IMG/VR virus record: IMGVR_UViG_3300037420_001196
Span: 1 to 30,134 of that record
Length of the DNA stretch: 30,134 bases
Origin: a virus
Taxonomy: Duplodnaviria; Caudoviricetes
Strand: one strand, 5' to 3'
Shown in pieces: positions 16,885 to 24,799 of the stretch (positions within the stretch are counted from its first letter, which is position 1; each line of letters begins with the position of its first letter). Below the pieces are notes generated by a model. The model had not been told where the DNA came from and made no database searches. It saw only the letters and a program-made list of their open reading frames with translations. Position numbers and translations under genes: made by a program.

Positions 16885-17443
16885 TGCCGCCCTCGCGATT
16901 GTCCTGGTCTACCGGCAGAGCAATGCGCTCGACCACGATGCCGCCCGCGCGCAACTCGGAGATGAGCGCGTTCAGGCCGGCGGTCAAGCCCGGGTAGGGC
17001 TCGCCATCCTGCCGTTGAGCATCGGCGCCGTCGTCGTACCAGTGGCCGCGCGTCTCCGGATCGAAGCCCAGCAGCAGGATCTTCGCCGCGCCGGCCGCCG
17101 CCGCAATCCGGATGGCAGTCAGCCCGCTGTTCCGCGTTTCGATAACGTGACCTGGTGCCAGCGTGATTCGCTCGTAGCTCGGGCCGATATAGAGTGCGTC
17201 CAGATCCTCGTCCTCGACGCCGGTCACGCGCATGCCGGCGAAATCACGGAACTCCTGCGGCCAGTTGCCGTCCAGTGCCACCAGCATGTCGGCCCACGGC
17301 GCCATCCTGCAGCTGTGGTTGACGACGATGCAGCGATGCTCGCGCACGGATTCCGCCAATTCAGCGGTCAGGCTGGGACCGCTGGCGAGGACTGCGACGG
17401 TCTCTCCCGCCCACATGGCCGGGACCTTCCATGATGTGGTCAT
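16877..17443 (-). CDS. CstII/Maf(MptE-like)-fold putative glycosyltransferase in the head-tail block
   Basis: VAVLASGPSL, IVVN, ALD..W, NSGL.AI.IA...GA.KILLLGFD, GHWY; overlaps both neighbours. Confidence 0.6.
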   Translation of the reverse strand: MTTSWKVPAMWAGETVAVLASGPSLTAELAESVREHRCIVVNHSCRMAPWADMLVALDGNWPQEFRDFAGMRVTGVEDEDLDALYIGPSYERITLAPGHVIETRNSGLTAIRIAAAAGAAKILLLGFDPETRGHWYDDGADAQRQDGEPYPGLTAGLNALISELRAGGIVVERIALPVDQDNREGGNV

Positions 17444-17934
17444 TCTTCCTCCGTAACCTGAATATCGGGCGCGTTCAGGCCTTGCTTCGTCAGCCGCTTG
17501 CGGATCTGGTCGCCGACCGCCTGAATTGCCGCGTTCGCCTTCGCATCCAGAGCCGGACGCATGAACGGCTTCGGACGGGCGCCGGGGTGTTGAACCGACT
17601 TCGCGAACAATCCGCCAAATGACAGGAATCCGCCCTTCTTTCCGGCGATCTTGTGGGCAGCCGTGCCGAATTCCACAAAGCGCCAATACCACGCCTTTTT
17701 GTTGCCAGCCTTCACCGAAGCGGTCACGACACCGCGCTTGCTGCGCGTGCTGACGCGCAGGCTGTCTCGGAGATCGCCGCTCTCGACCGGGACATTGGCC
17801 TTTGCCTCTTCCTTGATGACGTTCGCGCCCTGCCGGAGAGCCGAGCGCATGATGTTGGCTTCCATCTTGGCGGGCAGCTGGTCGAGGAACTCCTGCAGTT
17901 CCTTGCCGCCCTTGATGTTCTTGAATTCGGTCAT
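17440..17934 (-). CDS. HK97 gp10-family tail component
   Basis: IKG.KEL...L..L, ALRQGA.VI..EAK..VP..SGDLR.S, YWRFVEFGT, PFMRPALD. Confidence 0.92.
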   Translation of the reverse strand: MTEFKNIKGGKELQEFLDQLPAKMEANIMRSALRQGANVIKEEAKANVPVESGDLRDSLRVSTRSKRGVVTASVKAGNKKAWYWRFVEFGTAAHKIAGKKGGFLSFGGLFAKSVQHPGARPKPFMRPALDAKANAAIQAVGDQIRKRLTKQGLNAPDIQVTEEE

Positions 17935-17936
17935 GA

Positions 17937-18284
17937 TCAGCTCGAATAGTTTTCGACCATCATTTCCAGCCATTCGCGGCGGCCGATCTCGGCCGGGCCC
18001 GACACGATCTGGCAAATGCGGTCGGTAGCGCCGTGAATCACCACGCGCATGTCGCCGGTAACGTCCGTGCGAAACCGGATCCTGATGCGCGTCGGCTGCG
18101 TGGCGATCCGAATTCCGTTTCGTGTCGCCTCCGACTTGCTCGGCAGGACGTCCTGTGCGTTTGCCGGGATTCGGGAGCCGTTGGTTATCGGTACCCAGGC
18201 GTCCTCGTAGGTGCCGTAATCCGGATCCTGTGCGCTGGTCTTGCGCTCGATGGTGATTCGGCTGTCCAGGGTTCGCGAGTCCAT
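17937..18284 (-). CDS. Head closure protein / head-tail adaptor (SPP1 gp16-like)
   Basis: L.SRITIE, D..YG....W, IRIRFR.DVT.DMRV. Confidence 0.88.
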   Translation of the reverse strand: MDSRTLDSRITIERKTSAQDPDYGTYEDAWVPITNGSRIPANAQDVLPSKSEATRNGIRIATQPTRIRIRFRTDVTGDMRVVIHGATDRICQIVSGPAEIGRREWLEMMVENYSS

Positions 18285-18847
18285 CAGCTGATGCTCCAGA
18301 TCTTGAATCTGTCCAGCAGCCGGTCGATGAAGCTCGTTGTGATCGCGTCCGGCTTGCCGCCGGCGTCGAACTGCTCGCGCAGCTTGGCCAGGATGTAGAG
18401 CCGAATCGCAGCCGGGGTCGCGGTCGCATCAACTCCGTAGCCGGCCACAAACTGCGCGATCACAGCATTGACCCTGCCGCACTCCGTTTTCGGCCACTGC
18501 GCATCCGGCGCCGGCACGATGTACCCCGGCTCGCTGACTGCGTCGAGGACGTAATCCTGCGGATCGAGCGACTGCAGCACACCGTCGACGTCGTAATACT
18601 TGAGGTAGGAGACTGACACGATCGGCGGGTTGTAGAGCTTAATCGCGTCCGGGAATTCGTCCAGCGTCACGCGCCAGGTCTGATTGATGATCGACCGTCC
18701 CATGTAGTGCTCTGCGTGCTGAATAATGCCCTCAAGCCATGCTGTCACCAGAGCATCGTCATCGGTGCCGACGATGCGCAACTGCTCTTTCGCATCCGCC
18801 AGCGGCACCGCGAGCTCGGCCGGCGGCGTGATCAATGTTGTCGTCAT
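18284..18847 (-). CDS. Head-tail connector (HK97 gp6 / phiE125 gp8-like)
   Basis: LITPPAE..V.LADAKEQLRI...DDD.L, R..INQTW, F.AGYG, P.AIR..IL. Confidence 0.92.
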   Translation of the reverse strand: MTTTLITPPAELAVPLADAKEQLRIVGTDDDALVTAWLEGIIQHAEHYMGRSIINQTWRVTLDEFPDAIKLYNPPIVSVSYLKYYDVDGVLQSLDPQDYVLDAVSEPGYIVPAPDAQWPKTECGRVNAVIAQFVAGYGVDATATPAAIRLYILAKLREQFDAGGKPDAITTSFIDRLLDRFKIWSIS

Positions 18848-18850
18848 GGT

Positions 18851-19783
18851 CTATTGTTTCGGTCGTGATTGGTTTGCAGTGCGCGGCCTGGTCGTATTGT
18901 CGAACCGCCGCCGGTATCCGGATCCGCGCGGCGCCCGCACGCATACCGCAGCCTCGATCGCCACCGCATCAGATTCTTCAGTCACGGCGATCGCGCCGGC
19001 GACGCCCGTTGTGACGCTGCCGGCGCCGGCGGCGACGTCATCGGCTTCGCTCCAGTGGGCATTACCTGCGACACTCGCTGCACCACTACCAGCCGCCGCG
19101 TCGTTGCTTTCGGTCCACGCGGCCGTACCGGTGACCGCTACGGTTCCCGCGGCACTTGTGGTATCGGCCTGCTCCGTCGGTGCAGCCGATCCGGTCACGC
19201 TGAGGGTGCCGCTGCCGGCGGCTGTGTCGCTCTGTTCAGTCCAGGATGCCGACCCGCTGACCACATCACCGACGACACCAGATCCGCTGGCTGCATCGTT
19301 ATCTTCGGTGAGTGCCGCGGTACCGGTAACGCTCACCTGGCCACTGCCGGCGGCGGCATCATTCGCTTCAGTCCAGGTCGCGGTCCCTGATACCAAAACC
19401 GTGCCGGAGATTGCCGCCGTGTCGTTGGCTTCTACGGTGGCGGCGCTGCCAGAAACTGTAGCCCCACCACTCGCCGCCGCCGCGTCGCCCTCCTCGATCC
19501 AGCCAGCGGTGCCCGATACGGTAACGGTACCGGCGGCGGCCGCAGTGTCATCGGATTCGACCGTCGCAACGCTTCCAGACACCGTCGCTACACCGGAACC
19601 TGCAGCGGTATCGTTTGCCTCGGTTACCGCACCGGAGCCAGAGACTGTGGCCGTGCCAGTCGCAGCAGCCGTGTCGTTTGCTTCAGTCCAGGCGGCGGTC
19701 CCGGTGACACCACTGCCGCCGCTCGCCTTCTGCTCGCCTAGTCCGAGCGTCTCAAGGCCGAGCGCGCCGAGCCCGAGCGCCAT
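18851..19783 (-). CDS. Ala/Gly/Ser/Thr-rich repeat protein (310 aa), putative fibre scaffold
   Basis: 12 tandem ~21-aa repeats; LG-rich N-terminus; Arg-rich C-terminus. Confidence 0.8.
   Translation of the reverse strand: MALGLGALGLETLGLGEQKASGGSGVTGTAAWTEANDTAAATGTATVSGSGAVTEANDTAAGSGVATVSGSVATVESDDTAAAAGTVTVSGTAGWIEEGDAAAASGGATVSGSAATVEANDTAAISGTVLVSGTATWTEANDAAAGSGQVSVTGTAALTEDNDAASGSGVVGDVVSGSASWTEQSDTAAGSGTLSVTGSAAPTEQADTTSAAGTVAVTGTAAWTESNDAAAGSGAASVAGNAHWSEADDVAAGAGSVTTGVAGAIAVTEESDAVAIEAAVCVRAPRGSGYRRRFDNTTRPRTANQSRPKQ
18941..19708 (-). repeat. 12 degenerate coding tandem repeats (ten of 21 aa/63 nt, two of 23 aa), consensus V[ST]G[ST]AAx[TV]ExxDxAAxxGxxx
   Basis: Hand alignment of aa 26-281; invariant V1, G3, E9, D12. 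Confidence 0.9.
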
Positions 19784-20320
19784 TTAGACCTCCGGCCAGT
19801 CGGTGGTGTAGTCGTAGGTCAGAACGCTTTCGACATCGGTGAGAGCCGCGATATTGTCGCGATGCCTGCCGCTTTTCCCTGCGATGGCCGCGCGCAGCAC
19901 CTCGAACCTGGCAGCATTGCCTTCCACCTTGGCGGCCAAGGCTGCGACGCTGATGCCTCGATCCGCTGCTTCCATGGCGATCCATGGGCAGTCAGCCTCA
20001 TTGCCGCTCGCCTTGTATGCCAGCATCTCGGCCCGTAGGGTTGACCAGCCGGCTGTCTCACCCCGCGAGTTGTTGGCGACGGCCGCATCAAACAGCCGCT
20101 TTGCGATCTTGTTGACCTCCATGGTCGCCTGCGCCTTGGCAAAATCCAGCGCCATCTGCGGCGTGAACGCGTCAATGATCGCCTGCGCGGCGGGCGCATC
20201 GTCGGCGTACCAGTGCCCGTTATTGTTTTCGAGCACGTGCCCGGCAGAGCTGATCGCTTCGGCCAACCCTGGCCAGTTGCCAGGCGCGAGTGTCACGCTG
20301 TGGTCGTCGTCGTAGGTCAT
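19784..20320 (-). CDS. Fibre-associated helical protein (DUF4376-like), distantly similar to 6446..7036
   Basis: E...W.....E..AYKASG....P.I..EA..RG.....LA.KV..NA; follows a fibre-like gene. Confidence 0.6.
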   Translation of the reverse strand: MTYDDDHSVTLAPGNWPGLAEAISSAGHVLENNNGHWYADDAPAAQAIIDAFTPQMALDFAKAQATMEVNKIAKRLFDAAVANNSRGETAGWSTLRAEMLAYKASGNEADCPWIAMEAADRGISVAALAAKVEGNAARFEVLRAAIAGKSGRHRDNIAALTDVESVLTYDYTTDWPEV

Positions 20321-21225
20321 TTGATCACCACCGAGGGAGGTACCGCAGAATTGCGCGCGACTTGTGTCCAGCCCGTTTTACTTGCAACCGACGGTGCGGC
20401 GCCATATGTGCCTGTTTTCGAGAAATACATGATGTCGCGGGCGCTATGGATGCCGACGCCCGGTGAGCCGGCCGTCGAATATGTGCGGAGCGTGGCACCG
20501 ACGTTCGCTTGTAACCACAGAAATAGGAACCCAGGCGGGGGGCGCACCGGGGTAGCTGGCGTGACTGATTTGACGCCCGTTGTCGTCGACAGATCGATCT
20601 GTGTCGACGAGGTGAATTCAGTAATCAGATTGCCGCCAAGCCCATCAGTGTCCCACTCAAACAGAGCCAGTCTCGCGTTGCCGGCCGCTGCCGTCGTCAC
20701 TTCCAAACCGATCGAGGTAATCGGGCGACCGAACGCGTATTCGATCGGGATCAGGTATTCCGTGCCGCTGGTAAGCACCAGCGTACCGGCATTGGTGTCG
20801 GCCTGTGTGCGGGTGTTGATCGGTTGCCATTTCGTGTCGCCGAAACTGTTCTGGATCGACGGCTGCGCTGGTCGCAGCGAGCGCAACGAAGCGCCGAGCC
20901 TGACCCGAATATTGGCCGCTGTGTTGCCGAAATTTACTGCTGACGGGTTGGACCAGTTATAGCCGGTACCGCTAACCCAAGTTGTATGAATTACCGACCT
21001 GGTTAGAACGCCCGTCGCAAGGTTGAGAGAGCCTTCTCCGGCTTCGTATTTCGACAGGGTGCTGAACGTGCTGTCCGTGTATTCGGCCGCCTCATAATCG
21101 ACCAGGCGCGTGCCGGACGACCCGAGCACGTCACTCGGCTGCGGATAACCGGTGACGCCTGCAACGGTTAAGGTCGACGTGCCGCCCGTGCCGTTGTGTG
21201 TAAATAGGACCGCATCGGCGAGCAT
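20317..21225 (-). CDS. Putative fibre/appendage structural protein (302 aa)
   Basis: Thr/Gly-rich beta protein; N-terminus LAD.V......G..T.T..G..G and E.G.G....G.LTR resembles phage fibre N-domains. Confidence 0.55.
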   Translation of the reverse strand: MLADAVLFTHNGTGGTSTLTVAGVTGYPQPSDVLGSSGTRLVDYEAAEYTDSTFSTLSKYEAGEGSLNLATGVLTRSVIHTTWVSGTGYNWSNPSAVNFGNTAANIRVRLGASLRSLRPAQPSIQNSFGDTKWQPINTRTQADTNAGTLVLTSGTEYLIPIEYAFGRPITSIGLEVTTAAAGNARLALFEWDTDGLGGNLITEFTSSTQIDLSTTTGVKSVTPATPVRPPPGFLFLWLQANVGATLRTYSTAGSPGVGIHSARDIMYFSKTGTYGAAPSVASKTGWTQVARNSAVPPSVVIK

Positions 21226-21689
21226 TACGGATTACCGCGCGTGATGGTGAAAGAGGTAATGCTGACGGTGACGCCGACGCTCGTGGTGGTCGTGTTCAGG
21301 TTCAAGTCCGCGCCCGACGTGCTGACGGAGCCGTCCATGACGTGCGTTGTTCCGTCGCTTTTGACGATGCGGAACCAGGTCACGGTACATGCCGCAAGCC
21401 CTGTGGTGGAAGACGGATTCGTGATAGTCAGCACCCCGCTGGACGCGCCCGACGCAAGCGGGGATCCGAGCGTGAATTCCGCACATTTCGTCGTGGCCGT
21501 ACCGCCGGTCGCCGGGCGAGTGCCGTCATAGAGTCGCAAGAGCGCACCGTTGCCGGCGTAAGTGGTGATCGCATCCAGCTGCGCATTGCGCAAGCCAGTC
21601 GCGTAACCGGTCGTCGCCAAAGCCGGTACCGGGATCAGGAAGGCGAGCGACAGGAATGCCGCCGTGAAGAATGCGAATAGGCGCTTCAT
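21225..21689 (-). CDS. Putative virion fibre subunit (RNAQLDAI...LRLYDGTRPA family) with a signal-peptide-like N-terminus
   Basis: GAGG RBS before ATG 21689; core RNAQLDAI, L.LY.G..PA, TWFRI, DGSV..SG.DL.L. Confidence 0.7.
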   Translation of the reverse strand: MKRLFAFFTAAFLSLAFLIPVPALATTGYATGLRNAQLDAITTYAGNGALLRLYDGTRPATGGTATTKCAEFTLGSPLASGASSGVLTITNPSSTTGLAACTVTWFRIVKSDGTTHVMDGSVSTSGADLNLNTTTTSVGVTVSITSFTITRGNP

Positions 21690-21715
21690 GTTGACCTCAT
21701 TGGTGCGTTGAAATG

Positions 21716-21743
21716 AAAAAAGGCGCCGGGTTAGGGCGCCTTT
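21716..21743 (-). terminator. Terminator-like hairpin before the fibre cassette
   Basis: Minus strand AAAGGCGCC-CTAACCC-GGCGCCTTTTTT. Confidence 0.7.
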
Positions 21744-21762
21744 CGGGTGAATTCTGTGTGGG

Positions 21763-22050
21763 TCAGGACTTGCGACGGCCGCGCTTGGATTCGGCGGGCT
21801 GTTCGTCCTTATTTTCAGGGGCCAGCGGCTCAGCCTTGTTTTCTTCGGCAATCGGTCCCGCCTTCTGCTCGAGCAACGGGGCGGTCGGCGTGTCCTCGAC
21901 CTCCTCCGCCATGCCGGCAGCGACGAAAGCGGCCGCCAGTTCACGCTCGCCCTGTGTATTAGTCAGGTCGTATTCGACGCCTTGCTCATAGGCCTTCACA
22001 CGGATCCCGTCGACAGAGCCGTTTTCCGTCTTCAGCATGCGGATTTTCAT
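21763..22050 (-). CDS. Small head-module protein with a disordered charged C-terminus
   Basis: GAGG RBS; MKIRMLK....DG......G.EYD.......LA..FV..G.AE pattern typical after capsid genes. Confidence 0.75.
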   Translation of the reverse strand: MKIRMLKTENGSVDGIRVKAYEQGVEYDLTNTQGERELAAAFVAAGMAEEVEDTPTAPLLEQKAGPIAEENKAEPLAPENKDEQPAESKRGRRKS

Positions 22051-22066
22051 CACATTTCCTCGATTG

Positions 22067-22096
22067 AAAAGCAGAGAGCGGCCGAAGCCGCCCTCT
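22067..22096 (-). terminator. Hairpin with cUUCGg loop and short U tract
   Basis: Minus strand AGAGGGCGGC-TTCG-GCCGCTCTCT-GCTTTT. Confidence 0.55.
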
Positions 22097-22115
22097 TATT
22101 CATGACACTGCTCGG

Positions 22116-22544
22116 TTATGCCGGCGGGTTTGCAGTCGGTGCATTGCGCGGATGGCCGAGAATGGCAATTGCCGACAGCAGAGCCGCGGAGGCATTGTTG
22201 GCTGGGGTAATGGTCAGGCGCACGTAACGCTTGCCACCGACATAGCCGATCTTGCGCGGCTCGTTGTCGTCGTCGAACTGGAACCCGGCCAGAACCTCGG
22301 TGCCGAGCAGGAACGTATCGGCGACGGCTGCGGCATCGGATAGGTTCGCTTGCGCACCGTCCTCGACGAGTACGGTGAAGGTCGCGTCTGCATCGGCAAC
22401 CGAGCCGATATTGATCGCGAATTCCAGCGATTCGTAGCCGGCGGTGTCGATGATTTGCGATACCTGGGCCGTGTTATCCGCTACGGAAACCGGGCTGATC
22501 GCACGCTTGAGATGGATGTTGTTGTGAAGATCACGGGAAGACAT
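22116..22544 (-). CDS. Putative capsid decoration/cement protein
   Basis: Directly after the capsid gene; AAGGAG RBS; IID.AGY.S, KIGY.G.KRYVRL.I, jelly-roll-like pattern. Confidence 0.7.
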   Translation of the reverse strand: MSSRDLHNNIHLKRAISPVSVADNTAQVSQIIDTAGYESLEFAINIGSVADADATFTVLVEDGAQANLSDAAAVADTFLLGTEVLAGFQFDDDNEPRKIGYVGGKRYVRLTITPANNASAALLSAIAILGHPRNAPTANPPA

Positions 22545-22636
22545 GGGAGATACTCCTTAATCTGGATTGATGAGGCCGACACCCGAAGGCGCTGGCCTGC
22601 CTTACTGCGGTATGCCTTATTCAGCGGAGACCGAAG

Positions 22637-24079
22637 TTAGGCCGAGCAGGTCATGGTGCGGATAGCTTCTGCCAGCACCACTTGACCACCGACACGGCGA
22701 CGGAACAGAAATCGAATGTTGCCGTTGGTTGCCTGAGTGTACGGATCACGCAGCATGCTCATCGCGATGCGGTCGACGAGAATGTAGGCACGCAGGAAGT
22801 CACCGTAGGCAATCGGTTTGGCGTTTGCTCCTTCGTTCGGCATATCCGGCAGTTCGACGTACGGATCGCCGTCGATGGTGTTCGGCTTGCCGTTTGCAAT
22901 GCCGGGCATCCAGAGGTATTGCCCCTGGCTGTCTTTCAGCTTGCGAACGCTCCCCAGCGTAGTGCGATTGAGGACGAAGGTTGCATTCCTCGCGTAACCG
23001 CTCTTGATCCCATGCTTCAGCGTCAACAGGCCGTCTGCCGTTATTGCAGCTGCAGAACCGCTGTTCGTCGTTGCCACGCCCGAGTTGGTGAGGAAGCCTT
23101 CCATTTCGCCCACACCGCTACCGGTGACAAACTCCGCACCTTCCGCAACAGCAAACTGCTCGGTTGCCTCGGAATTGAGTTCGGCTTCGAGATCGAATGC
23201 GCTGTCTTCCAGGTTTTGCTGCGAAATGTCGATCAGCGCATAGATTTCTGGCGCCGGAATCTCGATCATGCCGTAGCGCAGACCGTCAGTTTCAGAACGG
23301 CTGCCCTGTTCGATAACCCGACGGGCAGCGAACTGGCCGGTGCGCTTGGGCTGGGTATAAGCCTTGCCGCCGATCGTTTTCACACGTGCCAGACTGCGCG
23401 CCGGGCTCATTTCAGTGATGCCCTTGATGATTTCGCGGACGAACTCCACCGGAGCGAGGTAGCCGCCGGTCGTATCGTTGGAAACAGACAGCGATTTGTA
23501 TTCAGCCTCGACCGCGGCGAACATTTTTTGATGTTCCGGGCTGAGATTGACGACGCCCTTCACGTTTGCGTCAACGACACCGCGCACCCACTGATTGATG
23601 TCGAATTTCTTCTCGGAGCCCTTACCACCCAGGCCTTGGCGATTGAGCTTCGCCTCCAGTTCCTCGACAGCAGTCTTCGCTTCTTCAGCTGCCAGTTTTG
23701 CCGCCTTGACCTCTTGCTCGGCTGCCGTCAGCTTTTGATTGAGCGCTTCGCCATTGGTCAGGTCCTTTTCGATCTTGGCCAACTTGGCTTCCAGGTCGGC
23801 AACGGCCTTGCCTTCGGCTTTCGCCTTGATGAGTTCGTCATTCGTTTTCTTGAACTCTTCGAATGCCTTTCCTTGCGTCTCGATCAGAGACTTGATCTGG
23901 TCGACGGCAGTGTCGCCCATGAACGGCATCGCGGCCAGGCCAGCAAATGCTAGAGCATCCGGGCTACCGATGTGCTGCGCAAAGGAGATTGCGGTCGCCG
24001 GGTCGATCGCAAACGCGCCGCCGGAAAGGATGGATACAACGGCGATCAGGAGAACGCCGAACAGTCGGGTCTTTTTCAT
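22637..24079 (-). CDS. HK97-fold major capsid protein with coiled-coil delta domain and a hydrophobic N-terminal extension
   Basis: AFEEFKK.ND scaffold; K/SLS...GGYLAP.E; F..G.G; LKD.QG.YLW.PG; YGDF; RDPYT; RVGG.V. Confidence 0.96.
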   Translation of the reverse strand: MKKTRLFGVLLIAVVSILSGGAFAIDPATAISFAQHIGSPDALAFAGLAAMPFMGDTAVDQIKSLIETQGKAFEEFKKTNDELIKAKAEGKAVADLEAKLAKIEKDLTNGEALNQKLTAAEQEVKAAKLAAEEAKTAVEELEAKLNRQGLGGKGSEKKFDINQWVRGVVDANVKGVVNLSPEHQKMFAAVEAEYKSLSVSNDTTGGYLAPVEFVREIIKGITEMSPARSLARVKTIGGKAYTQPKRTGQFAARRVIEQGSRSETDGLRYGMIEIPAPEIYALIDISQQNLEDSAFDLEAELNSEATEQFAVAEGAEFVTGSGVGEMEGFLTNSGVATTNSGSAAAITADGLLTLKHGIKSGYARNATFVLNRTTLGSVRKLKDSQGQYLWMPGIANGKPNTIDGDPYVELPDMPNEGANAKPIAYGDFLRAYILVDRIAMSMLRDPYTQATNGNIRFLFRRRVGGQVVLAEAIRTMTCSA

Positions 24080-24101
24080 GGCAATGCCTTTCTTTGGACG
24101 T

Positions 24102-24125
24102 AAAAAAACCGGCTCGCGGCCGGCT
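24102..24125 (-). terminator. Terminator-like hairpin between protease and capsid genes
   Basis: Minus strand AGCCGGC-CGCGA-GCCGGTTTTTTT. Confidence 0.6.
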
Positions 24126-24148
24126 GGGTGGTGATTTGAATGGTTCGC

Positions 24149-24799
24149 TTATGCGGCGAGTACCGCGCCTCGGCGCTTCAACGCCTCGACGATTTGCTGC
24201 ATGTCGCCTTCATCAGAATCGCTCTGTCCAAGGCATTTCAATTTGGCGATAAACGCCAGGGCTTGCGTGCGGCTCAGACCGGAATCTCTCAGGTACTGCT
24301 CCGCATCGCGCAAGTTCTCAATGCTTTCGATGCTCTTCACGCCTTGCACGCGTGCCGCATCATTTGCCGGGAACGTGACCAGGCTCACTTCCCACAAATC
24401 GACCTTTTTCAGCGTCCGGATGCCAGTCACGCGGTCATACGAGTCTTCGCGCGTGGCAAATCCAATCGACAGGCCGCTGATGGCCTTCATTTTCAGCAAC
24501 TCGTAGGCCTCTGCACCGCGCGCCGTCTTCAGCGCCAGCTGGCCAGAGACCCTCAGGCCAATGTTGTCCTCGGTCATTTCGGTATAGACGCCGCAAGGCT
24601 CGCCGCTCCGGTGCTGCCACAAGAGTGCCGGCATGGTGCCAGCGGCCTTATGCGCTGCCAGCGACTCAGTAAATGCGCCCGCCGCGACGATCTCGTCGTA
24701 GCTATCCTTCACGCCGAAGACGCTTCCGTAGCCATCAAAGGACCCATCCTCCTTCAGGGCCTTCAGTTCGAAAGCAAAATCACGGGTTTTCGTTGCCAT
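24149..24799 (-). CDS. HK97-family prohead protease
   Basis: F.GYGSVF...DSY, LLWQH, GLSIGF, L.EVSLVTFPAN..ARV. Confidence 0.95.
   Translation of the reverse strand: MATKTRDFAFELKALKEDGSFDGYGSVFGVKDSYDEIVAAGAFTESLAAHKAAGTMPALLWQHRSGEPCGVYTEMTEDNIGLRVSGQLALKTARGAEAYELLKMKAISGLSIGFATREDSYDRVTGIRTLKKVDLWEVSLVTFPANDAARVQGVKSIESIENLRDAEQYLRDSGLSRTQALAFIAKLKCLGQSDSDEGDMQQIVEALKRRGAVLAA

Noticed and set aside
18941-19708. Possible CRISPR array or DGR template/variable repeat
   Set aside because: Repeats are degenerate coding repeats without spacers; no cas or reverse transcriptase gene, and I saw no adenine-specific repeat pair by eye.
18726-19787. 353-aa repetitive plus-strand ORF
   Set aside because: Mirror of the minus-strand repeat gene, which is the one fitting the operon.
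22573-22598. UUCG hairpin after the capsid gene as a terminator
   Set aside because: Imperfect stem and no U tract; at most an mRNA-stabilising hairpin.
22682-23953. 423-aa plus-strand ORF
   Set aside because: Antisense shadow of the capsid gene in GC-rich DNA; no motifs.
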